Below are positions 41,026 through 54,105 of a DNA stretch of 64,000 nucleotides, one piece after another. A model generated the notes under the pieces. The model was given only the letters and a program-made list of their open reading frames with translations. It made no database searches and was not told the origin of the DNA. Source of the stretch: the human T2T-CHM13v2.0 reference genome, Homo sapiens; assembly GCF_009914755.1 (NCBI RefSeq), contig NC_060944.1, one strand, 5' to 3'. The first letter of the stretch is position 1. Each line of letters begins with the position of its first letter. The position numbers and the translations under genes are program-made.

Positions 41026-41549
41026 GTAAATATAAATTGTATGAGCCCCAAGGTTACAGAATCAATCATTTCAAAGAATGAATGATTACAAAGTCTATCA
41101 CTTGCAAGAATAAAACTAAAGAGCATGTTGTAGGCAAAGATCACTAACTCCTAAACCAGAAGGTTCCCGCCTTTCACAGATTCCTGGGCACTGACCACAT
41201 GCCAGGCATGTTCTAGGTGCTTCGGCAGAACCAGATGATCAAATCTGGACAAGAACCCCGGTGCAGAGACAGGTGTTGTTTTATGCCCATTTACAAATTA
41301 GGAAATTGAGCTCCAAGACCTGCAAAGTCACACAACTGATAAGGACCCTACTCAGGTGAGAAGCAGGTGGGTCTGATGCCACAGCCACCTGACCTCAGAC
41401 TTCCCATCTGTAAAGTGGGATGAGAGTCCTCACCTGCCTAACTGAGCGACTGTGAGGTGCAGATACAAGAAGGCTATGGACACCTCACCTGGCCTGGAGG
41501 CCAAGTGACATATGAGGGATTCTTGGGAAAATGCTGTCGGTATTCCCTA

Positions 41550-41845
41550 AAGATGACAAGTCCAGAAGTCTACAGGGACCAGCTAGGTGACAGAAACAGG
41601 AGACAGGGCCAAGCATAATTAATCAGAAGGGGTGGAGACTCAGGCAAAGAGGCCACTGGTCCTGTCCAAAGAGGCAGCCAGCATGAGCCCAGCCAAGTGA
41701 AACCATATGGGAAAGCCAACTGCATATTCCCATCACTCAAGAGAGTCCAGAAAGCCAGATGTTTACATGAAATTTTCTGAGTCTAGAAATGAAATGCTTA
41801 TGTGGGTTCTGGTGGGGTGGTGGCCACCAATCTGCAACCTCTCAA
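41550..41845 (+). mobile_element. MER102-like hAT element
   Basis: ctacagggaccagctaggtgac...aaagaggcagcc...ccagaaagccagatgtttacatgaaatt...ggccaccaatctgcaacctct. Confidence 0.55.
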
Positions 41846-42201
41846 ACTTCAGGACAGAACACAAGAGATGCAGAATTAATTAAAACACCACATCAGTCAA
41901 AGTATCTATGATTCACAGCAGTGTAAAGCCCATTTGTAATTCATCCCATCCTACGAGCTTTGAAATTATGCTGTTCTTAATGAGGGTGTTTTTAATTCTT
42001 AGAGGGTTCCACAGTTTGAAATTTTATGCATAGAATGAGTTCTTATTAATATAATATGCATAAGGAGTCTATATTAATATTCTTTATATGTAATTAAATT
42101 GGGTTTTCAAAAAGCTTGATATTGCTTGAAAAATTAAAAAGGGGAGTGGACGCTCTCCTCTAATATTTTAAAGTTCGGTCCTGAAAACTTTTTGGCATTT
42201 T

Positions 42202-42518
<317 letters not shown>

Positions 42519-42759
42519 TAAAACTTGAGTCCGTAACTGGTAACGTTTTCTCAAATTCCCCCACAGGGGATGTAAATCAGGAGGCTGTGGTGAGCAGCAG
42601 GAGGGGATGGAGATGGGTCTCAGCTTTGGGTGCAGCAGGCCTGCGTTGAGGTCCCCACCCTACTTTCCTAACGGTGTAACTAAGACAAGCCTCTGCCTCC
42701 CATTTCCATGCCCCACTTCTGTGTCTATAAAATGCGCCTTCTAGGGGAAGCAATGGGGA

Positions 42760-42867
42760 GGACACTCCCCCAGCTTCACCTGAGGCTTCCCGTCTCTGGG
42801 GATTCTGTTTCAGTACATTTCCCCCAGCTTCACGTAAGACTTCCCATCTCTGGGGATTCTGTTTCAG
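42760..42867. repeat. 54-bp tandem duplication of the exon 3 splice acceptor region
   Basis: Both copies end in the identical 21-mer tctctggggattctgtttcag (AG ends at 42813 and 42867); 44/48 identity over the aligned part. Confidence 0.95.
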
Positions 42868-42969
42868 TTGATCAAGTGTGAAGAAGATCTCCCCACCCCA
42901 AAGCCCAAAATCGAGCTTCCTGAGCGTTTCCGCATCCGGCCGGTGACCCCAGTGGAGAAGTACATCAAG
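42868..42969 (+). CDS. CIMIP1: CIMIP1/C20orf85 coding exon 3 (LIKCEEDLPTPKPKIELPERFRIRPVTPVEKYIK)
   Basis: Acceptor ctgtttcag|TTG; donor AAG|GTTTGA; 102 nt, phase 0-0. Confidence 0.95.
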
Positions 42970-43289
42970 GTTTGAAACGTTTTTAAATACTCATTTTTTT
43001 AAAATACTCATTTTCCTAAGTAAGAAATAAGCCCCAGTGGAAACTGATGGCTCCAGATGTGCAAAGCCAGCACTGAAGGTAAGAGCACAGCAGTGCCAGG
43101 TGCAGAGTCCAGGTCCACGTCCTTCCCAAACCCAGCCATGGGAAACATGCCAGGCTAAAGTCTACAAGTGCAAGCACCATGACCTCCTGCTCTGCAGAAG
43201 CAGAGAGAAGGCAGGAAAATGGGGTCTTCATGCGTTCTTTCAGCAAACATTTCCAGGGTGTGGGCAGGAAGGCAGGGCAGACCCAGGCA

Positions 43290-43500
43290 GGGACTCTGGA
43301 ATCAGACCACCAGATCCCTGTGCTGATAGGCTGCTCACCTTCTGTGTGGTCTTGGGCAAGTGGCTTGACCTCTCTGTGTCTCCCCTGCCTGTCTTATACA
43401 ATGGGGGTTAATGAAGCACCTACTTCAGGGAGTACCCTCAGGGTTCAGCAGGCTGCCCAGCATGTTTAGAGAGTGCCGATGACAGTCAGCTATTACTAAG
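43290..43500 (+). mobile_element. MIR SINE
   Basis: gactctggaatcagac...tgtgtggtcttgggcaagtggcttgacctctctgtg...tacaatgggggttaat. Confidence 0.7.
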
Positions 43501-43519
43501 GTGCAACAGCTTGGTTGGG

Positions 43520-44100
43520 AAAACAGTAATGAACAAGAAGGCAAGACCCCAGCCCACATGTCTGGGTCTAGAGAACCAACATTAACCAAGAAAATCAACA
43601 CCATTTGGATACGCTATGCTAGCACCATGGAGGAAACAGGCCGGTGGTGTGTCACAGGATAAGAGAGGGCGGGGTGGTCAGGGAAGGGGCCCTTTGAGCT
43701 GAGGACTGAAGGATGACCAGGCACCAGCCCTAGGAAAAGTATTCTAGGCGCAGGGAACAGCATGTATGAAAGCCCTGAGATAGAACACAGGCTGCTATGT
43801 TTCAGGAACAGCAAGGCAAGGCGATGCGACAGGAGCTTGGGTGGAGGGTGGGGGCAGGAGGAGAAGGTGTGGGTGGAGAAGGGATGTGAGTGGAAAAGTG
43901 GGCAGGCTAGAAGAAGGAGTTGCAATTGGAGTCCAATTTAGAGAAGCCGCTGGAGGGTTGTAAGCAGGGCCATGGAAAGGCAAGACCTGCCTATTGGAAA
44001 GATGGCTCTCATTGCTAGTGGAGAAAAGATTGTGGGGAGAGGGACAGGAGTGACCAGGCCAAACCCAGAGAAAAGAGGCCTTAGACGATGCTCTCACCTG
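43520..44100 (-). mobile_element. L2 fragment
   Basis: gggtggtcagggaagg...tttgagctgaggactgaaggatga...attctaggcgcagggaacagcatgtatgaaagccctgag...tgtttcaggaacagcaagg. Confidence 0.75.
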
Positions 44101-45769
44101 AAGCCTGCACCACGGCGGACATGGCTCAGATCCCTCTAGAAACAGTTGAGCTCCATATGTCTCATGGGTCTGTCATTTTGGCTGGGAGTTCTGCCCTCTG
44201 CCCAGCTATGGAGAAGGTGGTTCTGCGTGCTGATGGGGAGAGCAGATGAAAACCCAAGATGAAGGCCGCAGGGCAGGAGGAGTTCAGCTGCAGCCTTTTG
44301 CCTGGCATGCTCGTGGTCTGATGGGGTAGCTGGCACATAGTGAGCATTTGGGGGGTATGCATCTGTGAGCCCCAATGAATGAATGAATGAATGAGCTCCA
44401 CTGAGTTATGTTGACAGTTTTTACCCCAAATATAAAGCAATATAGAGTCACTGCTAAAAAATATTTAGAAATACACCAAAATATAATATAATTAAAACCC
44501 ACATATAGGCTCTTACCCATGATTAACATTTTGGGGGTGCTCCTTCCAGAGGTTTTCCTACACATCCCTTGACCTGTAAGAGTAACCACCCCACCAGCTC
44601 AAGCTATTATTATCTCTTAGCCGCTCACCGTGGTGACTGCTTTACATTGGGTGTCTCATCTTACTTCCACTGCAGCCCCGGATATTATCATCCTCAAACC
44701 CATTTTGCAGATGGGAAAGCTGAAGCTTAAAAAAGCTGAATTCCTTTCTCTGGCCACACAGCAAGTGTGTCTGATTCCAGAGCCCTGCTTTTAAATGTTA
44801 CCCTCAAATATTCCTCAAATGTATGTTCATGTATACGTATATACACACTTGTGCACATACACACATACTTTTTAGGTATATGTTTACAAATCAAACTACA
44901 CAGGCTGCTTTGTAATCTCATTTTTCCACCTAACAACATACCCTGGACATCTTTCCATGCAGTTTAAAAAAGCACTCTAAATAGCTATTATATTAATGGC
45001 TGTGTTTTTCTCCACTGTGTGGATCTGTCATAATTTATTTAACCATCCCCCTATTCCTGGCCATTGAGGTTGTATCCGGCATGAGATTTGGGAGAATAAT
45101 CGTGCAAGGAACACCTTGTAGACACAGAAATTTGCTCTGAGTCCGTAATTTTCTTGATATTAGTGCCTACAAAGGTGATTGTTCAGATGAAATGCACACA
45201 TTTAGGGAGCTCGCTCTCCTGTGGCCTAGAACACTGGGCTGGCCGGAGAATAGAGGAAGAGAGACTGGGATGTAGGTGGGACATTTTTCCAGAGCTGGGC
45301 TTTAATTCTGCCAACTCCCTGCCTCCACCTGCCTCCATCCCAAGAATACGGTGGCATGGGATCTGCTTAGTGTCTATAATGTCCCTCAGCCACATGCTGT
45401 CCCCACAGATCCCTTGCCGGCCCATGAGACTGGACTTTCCCTCTGCCACCAGGGCCCCTGGGCCTGCTCTGCACAACCACAGTTATTCTCTTTCCAAAGA
45501 AAGCGCCCCCACCTAGATACCAGAGAGGTGCCCCTCCTGGAGGATGGGAAACAGGGAGGAACCATCCAGGCACCAGAACAAACCAAAACATGGTTATCTC
45601 CTGTGAGAGACTCCTGTCTAGGAGCAAGGGCCAGCTCTTAAAGCCACACTCACCAGACAGAGCCTGTGGGGTGGCAGGGGTCAGGACAAGAACCTTGATT
45701 CAGGCGAGAAAGGTCCCCAGCCTCTGCTTCCCTCCAAACTTCCTTTCTTGCCCAAGAAATGGTAATGGT

Positions 45770-46231
<462 letters not shown>

Positions 46232-46551
46232 TCACGCACTCTTGCATAGACAAGGACATCCATGGGCCTCTGGCCTCATTTTCTTATTACACAGCTTGTA
46301 CCATACTTTGAATAGTTTTGTGCACCTCTTTTCTCTTAGAAGTTTGTCTCATCCTTCTAAACCATTGCATGGCACACCACACATTGCATGGATGGGCCAT
46401 AGTGAATGAGCCTCCGTGGGTGGATATGCAGCTTATGTCCAATTGTTTGCTATTACAAACAGCTCCGCAAGGCATCCCTTGCACCATCATGGGTGTGTAC
46501 CTGTGTAGCTATCAGGATATTTTAGAATGAATGCCTCAGAGTAGATTGTTA

Positions 46552-46930
<379 letters not shown>

Positions 46931-48059
46931 AAAAGATAATTGCCATATCGCCCTTGCTCCTATAATGCCCTTGTTAGTGGTGGTGTTTTCATCTTTTTGC
47001 CCCTCTGCTGGGTGAAACATGATGTCTCACAGTGGATTTCAACTGCATTTCTTTTACAAGTTAGATAAAGACTTGGAAGTTAGTCTGTGTGCTCCCAAAG
47101 GCCTGGCTGGACAAACAGCTTTGAGAGCTGCTTCCCTTCTGAACAATTTTACTTGTAGCTGGTTCAAGGAAGCTTTGGCCCCTCTGTCATTTGTTGATGA
47201 CCCGCCCTACATGTAGCCTTGCAGGAGACTAATTTTAGGAGTTCATCAAGAACATATGCTAAGGGGTTTCGTCCACCAGCAGCAGCCAGCCCACTCGGGA
47301 CCATCCCCTCCTGCCACCGCCTCACCGGCAGGTTCCATTAGTAAAAGTGAACTCATAACCCCAAGCATATTAAACCTCTTTATCTCAGTTCTTCTGCTAG
47401 AACAAATGTCCCGCACTGTTGCCTTTGTTCAAATCCCCTTATGCAGAACAGATTATTTCAAAAGAAGGGGAAAACCTGCCTAAACATTTACCCTCATTTT
47501 CCAAAAATGTCAAATCTGTCCAAGGAGTTGACAAATGAAGTTGTGTTTTTTCATTCCAGATAGAAGCCCATTTTCCTTTTGGTTTTTAAAATTAAATTCA
47601 GTTGCTTTTCATTCCTGTGATCTCCACGGTTTGGAGTGTGTGTGTATATACAGATGCATTTCGTAGAGGCTTCTCATCGAAACAGGGTGACGTGCACCTG
47701 CCGCAATGCCATCTGACAACAGTGCCATATATTTTATAAAAGGCAGTGAAAACTGTAGCACTTGATATTTCTGCATCTTTTTTTCTTTTTGCTTTCTTAC
47801 CAAATAAAAATTATTTTGCTGGAAGTCATGAATTAAATATGTTAGGCATTACACGATAAAGAAACATGTTTGATGTTCCTCACTTCCCGGAAAGATGAGA
47901 GCCTCTGAGTCCAGCTGATTGGAATGTGCTTGTTTTCAGTACACATCAGGGAGGCTGGCTTTTCTTTCTGTCTTTTCCACCCCTGCCTCACATGCCGATG
48001 CTGGGTGCCTCGTGTCTCTGTGGCCGAAGGTCACTAAATCCCCTGTATTTCCATTCCAG

Positions 48060-48221
48060 GTCTTTCCATCCCCCCCAGTCCCACAGACCACCCAGGGCTT
48101 CATCGGCTGGAGATCTGCAGTGCCAGGCCTGAACAAGTGCCTAGAGCTCGACGATGCGATCAGAAGCTGCAAAGGTGCTTTTGCACGAGAGCTGTGCTGG
48201 CCCAAGCAGGGCGTGCACTGA
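48060..48221 (+). CDS. CIMIP1: CIMIP1/C20orf85 coding exon 4 (VFPSPPVPQTTQGFIGWRS...ELCWPKQGVH*)
   Basis: Acceptor tatttccattccag|G; equals the 3' part of track ORF 47919..48221; TGA at 48219-48221. Confidence 0.95.
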   Translation, partial: VFPSPPVPQTTQGFIGWRSAVPGLNKCLELDDAIRSCKGAFARELCWPKQGVH

Positions 48222-48440
48222 ATCCAGACGGAGTTCTGCCCAGGGGTGCTGCATATCGGTCACCAGGCACCCAGGGCCATGCCAGGGAAAGGAAGAGCTC
48301 CCCTGAATCCCGAGGACACAGTCCCCTGCGTACTTGCTCATGGGATGTTGCAAAGAACACAAAGTGTGCCTTAGACATTCTCAAGTCATCAGCGTCACCC
48401 TTCCAGAATGTTCACGTCCACACCCATTCTTGGCTAATGT

Positions 48441-48512
48441 AATGAATAAGGCTTCTCTCATTTGTTTTTGATACCTTGGGAATTTCTATGCAGGGCTTTA
48501 AAAAAAAATAAG
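48441..48512 (+). terminator. CIMIP1: Candidate non-canonical polyadenylation signals
   Basis: No AATAAA/ATTAAA seen shortly after the stop; TGTA then AATGAA/AATAAG (48441-48450) with a T/GT-rich tract at 48461-48470; second AATAAG at 48507-48512. Confidence 0.4.
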
Positions 48513-49916
48513 TGATTCAATTTTAAAAATATTTGTCTAGGTCCTTCAATGTAGCTTTTCATTGCACCTATCATCATCCTTATTTATAACGAACTTGTTG
48601 ATCAGGTGTTTCTCTATCCAGATATCCCTGGGCCTGTTTTTCAGGAAGAAGAATACACTTAGAGAATCCCTTGGCTCTCCTTGCTCAAGATATTTGCAAT
48701 AAGTTAACAGCTTTAAAGGCAGAAATGAGCCCAAGATTTGCCACTGGGCGTAGATTCACAGGAGAAAAATGGGTTTCCCAATCCCTCTAAGAAAACCACT
48801 GCTGCTGACCTGTCCCAGCCACCCCCAGTCCAGCACAGAAAGCTCCAGGCTGCCCAAATGGGTCATTTTCCTTCCCCGAGTACATCAACCCCACAGTTAC
48901 CATTTTCTTTCTAAACACTGTCTAGCTGTCTCTCTTCTCCTACTCCTACAAATGGGGGCTAGGGGCATGGAGTGTCCAGCTGGCCAGAAGGAAAAGCCGG
49001 CATGTCCTCAGGCCTCGTGAACTGGACCCCAAAAAGTAGGAGAGCAGAGTTTGCAGCAGCCTGTGGGAGCTGGTTTGTGTTTCATTTCCAAGGAGTGGGG
49101 GGTTGGCGCGCTCTTCAGACCCGGCGTAGACAGGGCAGGAGGGGCTGTGTTCAGTTACCCATCCTCCGTGGAAACACAGGCCTTCCTCCCCTTTGTTGGT
49201 CAGGCCTCACTGTTCCTGGGATGGATTCCTCCATTTGTTTGGCTGACTGGGGCCTGAGGGGACTTCCACTGGGTGGCACCCATTGACAAGGCCCATCCAC
49301 CCAAACATGTCCTGTTCACCTTCCTGTCCAGCCATGGGTGGGTGTGCTAGAGCCAACCCAGGAATCCCTCCACTAAGGCCTCTGAGAACCTAAGTCCTCT
49401 AAGCCCTGAACACTGGCTGTCACCCCTCTGGCATGTTCCTAAAGGGACTCCATGATTTGAGGGTCACTAAATACCAGGGGACAGAATTCCTATCAAATCT
49501 GGGTCCTCCCCTGCAAGCTCTGGGCTCAGAGCCCCCAAATCTCAGAAGCCCCAGCAGAAGAGCTTCTCTTATTCAGGGACTCTGTTCTTGTAAAAACTAC
49601 CAGCCTTCCTCTTTCCAAGGGTCTGGCTGTAGACACCAACTACTCAGTGCTGAGAACAGAGCCACATAGCAGAAGGCTTCTCCCAGCCACCTAAATGGTT
49701 CTCTGTCTCCCCACACCCCTTGTCCAACCCCAGAGTGGGAAATTCCTAGATTGGCATGGGCTGCCCAGCCCAGAAGAGCTGATACCCAAGAGAACAGCCC
49801 TTCAAGGAGCCTTGTCGTTACCTCCGAGTATGGTGCCCACACACATCGCTGGGCATAGGGGCCAGGGCCATCAAGAAACATCATGGCTATTTAGGTTCTG
49901 AGAAAAGGGGGAGCAA

Positions 49917-50407
49917 GGTATTTGGTTGAATTGTGTCCCCCAGAAAGATATGAAGTCCTAGCTTCCAGTACCCATGGAGGCGAACTTACCTGGAAATAAG
50001 GTCATTGCAGCTGTGATTAGTTAGATGAAGATGAGGTCCTATAGAAGAAGGGTTGACTCTTTATCCAGTGTGATCGGTGTCCTCATGAGAAGAGGAGAGA
50101 GTGACACGCAGCGGGGACACGGTCATGTGGAGACACAGACATGCAGGAGAGGGCACCATGCCACACCAGAGGCAGAAATGGGAGGGATGCATCTACCAGC
50201 CACAGAATGCCAACATTTGCAGGCAAACCACGAGAAACTAGGAAGAGGCGAGGAAGGATTCTACCCCATAGATTTCAGAGGGAGCATGGCCCTGCCGATG
50301 CCTTGACTTCAGACTTCTGGACTCTGGAACGGTGACAGAACACATTTCTGTTGCTTTATGCCACCTCATTTGGGGTACTGGGTACAGCAGCCCCAGGAAA
50401 TAAATAT
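49917..50407 (+). mobile_element. MaLR LTR (MLT1B/C-like)
   Basis: ggttgaattgtgtccccc...ggaaataaggtcattgcag...gagggagcatggccctgccga...tacagcagccccaggaaa. Confidence 0.88.
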
Positions 50408-52264
50408 GGCCTTGAACACATGTTACCTCCTCCTCTCCTTCCCTTCTCAGAAGACATCCTCCTCTAACCATGTGTCTTTCACTGGTCTTGACCCGGGCTG
50501 AATCTATAACAGACAGATCACATGGCCCCTCAAACTCCAAAGATGTTTCTAATCACCCAGAGGTTTAGCCTGATGTAGACTAAACAACTGAATGCTTGGC
50601 CAAGCCTGTCCCTATTAAATCCTAATGTTTTGGCATCCAAGTCATTGCTGCAGGCAAAGCATCTGCCCTTGGAGGAACATTTGTCCCTTCTTGTGATCAG
50701 ACACCTCCACCACAGTCAAGCAGTGGCCAGAAAGCGGGATTGCTTTGTGCTGACCTCTGTCTCAGCCGCATTTCCATCCCATTGCTAGAGCAGAGACAGC
50801 ACCCGCCTTGGTGGGGGATGAACCTCCCATGTCAGGTTGTTTTTAGTTCTAATTCTTGATCACAAAACAAATCTAGGATTCATCATCCATGTCATCTGCG
50901 TGCCCACAACAGGTGGCAGCAAAAATCTAGCCCAAAAGGTGGGTTCCCTTGACCTGTCCTGACCCCTAGCCTGGACAGGAAATCAACATGTCCATTTTTA
51001 CTCTTTTGAAACTCAGGGGTAAATTAACTTTCGCCCTGGTTTTCACTAACCTGTGTATGTTGACCAACAGCCCTGACTTTTAGGGAGACTAGTCAGCAGA
51101 TCTTTCTGGTGGAAATGATCAGAGTGGAGCTGAGAAAGCCATGCCACCGTGTGGACAGCTGAACCTGCAGAAAGCCAGAAATCCCAGTGAGGAAGGCCTC
51201 TGAGGCTGGCCCGCGCCTCCTGGCCACAGCGTACCAGTGGAGGAAATGGGTGTGGGTGTACCCGTATTGGATCCATTTAACTCCAGTTCCTTGTGAGGAC
51301 AAAAATTCAAGACACTCAGATCCAAAGTCTGAAGACACACATGTTCTCTGGACAATCAGCAGGTGAATACGTTTCAATATCTCAGAAATTATTTGATGCT
51401 TTTTTGCTACCCTTCAATTTAAATGACGCTCATGCCAAGTTTATGTATATGTGTTTAATGCCGTTTAAAACTATTCCTACTTAAAACATTACAGTGAAGT
51501 TTTTTTTAGCCTTTTGCTCTTGACAAAACATAGATGGTTAGATATTTTAAACTAACTGACATCTAGGAAGTCTTAGTTGGTGGGGTTTTTTTTCTTCTGT
51601 CCCCGGTAATGTATTCACCAACTAACCACATATGTGCTTTCATTTAAAGAAATAAAAACAAGGCAACATTTCTGCAGGTATCAAACTCCAGTGCCATGGT
51701 CCTCCCTACCGACACCCTCCCCCTGGACTCACAGAGTGACCTTTTGGCATTAAGCAATTTGGGCTGCACTCAAGAGTTTGTAACAGAGCACAAATGTCCA
51801 GTCAACGGCCCCAGCTGAGAATCGAAGTGGACAACATTCAAGGATTCAATTACCCTGGATGGCTTCAAACTTGACATTTAATCTATGGAAATCAACCTCT
51901 TTGTGGGTGTCCAAATGGGCCCATAAATGTCACCACACACTGTAAAATACCGCAACATTTCCAAGGTCGAGATGAGGCTGGTGAACCTGCGTCGATGATG
52001 CCGAAATACATCACAGCAACGAACCACCAGACGGGCCTCGGTCAAAATGAACCATCTCTGAAATGATGCAAAACATAATTAGGTTGGAGACTCGGAATGG
52101 ATTCTGTCACAAGCACATTTCAGCCCAAGACAAATTAGAAACTCTTAAATTTGAGTTAGGAGAAAATGACATGATCAACTAAAAAATAAAATTACTGGAA
52201 AACACAACTATTCCCTTACACATCGACCCACACCTGAGTATCATTGTCATGATGGACTCTGGGT

Positions 52265-52575
52265 TTTCAGTACCCAAAGCCTGGGACCAGATTGTTGGGG
52301 AATTTATAATTTTGTGTATTTGAGAAACTGCATATGCTATATATTATATGTAACCCCTCTGGCAAGGTCTGAGGCAGCCCCTTGAAATGAAATCTATTAA
52401 TATTTTATAACAAAACTGAGGAATATTCACACTCAATGAAATAAAGACTCAAAGGAGCCACATATGAGTTTGGTTCAGGTTCTGCCAACAAATGAATCTT
52501 GGTGTCAAACTAAGGAGAATATTTCTAGGTTTTAGAGCTTTTTAGAATTCGAAACTGATAAGAGATTTTGGACAT
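52265..52575. mobile_element. MER46C-like TcMar-Tigger element
   Basis: ggtctgaggcagcccc...attaatattt...gaatattcacact...aataaagact...ggttcaggttctgccaacaaatga...gttttagagctttttagaattc. Confidence 0.65.
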
Positions 52576-52639
52576 AAAATGTTGCCATCAACAGAAAATA
52601 TTGTAAGGTTGGTTCTTTTGGATCTGCCTTTCGTTATGA

Positions 52640-53600
52640 ACTTGGATCAGGACTCTCTTGATTGTAAGAGGAAGAAACTCAATCCCTAGTCTAAGTACAA
52701 AAGGAATGTTTTGACTCATGTAACTGGAAAACTCAAAAGTAGGTCTGGTTTCAGGTACAGCTTGATCAGGGATTCAAGCAATATCACCAAGACCCAGGGT
52801 TTTTCTGCTCCAATTTCCTTCAGTTTGGTCTATCTGACTGCTTTCAGCTGCAAGTAACATGGCTCAGCATTGTTGAAATGACAAGGCTATTTCTTAGATC
52901 ACAGACAGGAGGTCCCCAGGTAGGCAGAGCACCAGGGCTAGTCTAGTAACTTAAATTCAGCAAGGATTTGCATGCTTTTAACCACCTCTCTCAGCCATGC
53001 CACTCCCAATGCCAGCCTCGTCAAAGGCTGGCTTTCTTCCTGGCTGTAGGATGGGCACCGTCAGCGGCCTAGGCCACATGCTTTCTTGTTCACCTCTGGC
53101 AATAGAAAGAGGGAAAGGTTTCCCACTCATCCCTGCAACTCCTCTGGAGGGTGTCATTGGCCAGAAATGTATCGTATCCTCATTCCTGAGTAAATCATGG
53201 CTTTATCTCCCTTGGGCCAAACAAGCCAACCCCTTCCCACGCTGCATCGTGACTCTGTAGTAGGAGGCAGTGCAACATCCACCGGAACTTCACATGCCTC
53301 GTGGTCACAAAGATGCAGCAGCTCCCCACTTCTCTTGCTTTTAGCGTCAAGTAGAACAGGAAGAACGCCCAGAGGCTGTTTCCCAGGATTCCCAACAAAA
53401 GTCTCATTGACTCTAATTGGGTGACATATCCCTTCCTGAACCCATCAGTGTGGCCCAAGAAATGAAGTGCACTGATTGGCTTAGTCCTTGGCTCCACCCC
53501 TGAGATGGAGTAGGCCACAGCGCACAGGGCACGTAAGTCGAACCAGAGGAAGACATCTCCCAGATGGAAATCTGAAGGTGGTTCCCAAAAGTAGGGGGAA
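52640..53600 (-). mobile_element. Nested old MLT1 (J/K/L-like) LTR fragments
   Basis: tcaggactctcttgattgtaag...gactcatgtaactggaaa...cttgatcagggattcaagcaat...ttcctgaacccatcagtgtggcc...ctgattggcttag. Confidence 0.6.
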
Positions 53601-53719
53601 TGGAAGCCGCATGGTAAAGACAGTTAACAAAACAAGCCCGCTATAGAACCTGAAAATGAAGTTTTCACGACCTCATGTGTGGTGGTAATTATCAGATCGC
53701 TTCAATTCACTTTGGCCAA

Positions 53720-54105
53720 TGTGGCAGGCAGCCTCTGAGATGGCCCTGGCATCCTCACCTCCTGATATTCACATCCTTGGGTAGTCCTTGCCCCTTGAGG
53801 GTGGGTGGGATGTAGTGATTCCTTTGTATGAATAGAATATGTCAAAAGTGATAGGTTGTCGCTTCCCAGATTAGGTTACAAAAGACTGACTTTCATCTTG
53901 CCAGCTTGCTCCTCTCTCTCTTTCTCTCTGTCTCTTTCTCTTTCTCTCTCTCCTTTTCCTTCTCTCTCTCTCCACCACTTTCTCTCTCTCTCTCACAATC
54001 TCACTCTCTCTGATGAAGCCACCTGCAATAGCATGAGATGCTCAATGGAGATGTTCCCAGGACAAGGGACTGAGAAGACCATGATCCACCAATGTATGAG
54101 GACCC
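53720..54105 (+). mobile_element. MLT1F-like LTR with an internal (TC)n-rich tract
   Basis: tgtggcaggcagcctctgagatggcc...aatagaatatgtcaaaagtgatagg...agattaggttacaaaag...ctctgatgaagcca. Confidence 0.75.

Noticed and set aside
47919-48059. N-terminal part of track ORF 47919..48221
   Set aside because: Intronic read-through upstream of the real acceptor at 48059; only 48060-48221 is coding
50906-50921. CTCF-like motifs (also 32150-32163, 42734-42747 minus, 58343-58357)
   Set aside because: Each has about two mismatches to the core; not distinguishable from chance without a PWM scan or ChIP data
51990-52065. Possible C/D-box snoRNA (ATGATG...CTGA)
   Set aside because: Imperfect C box, no terminal stem, not in an intron of the identified gene
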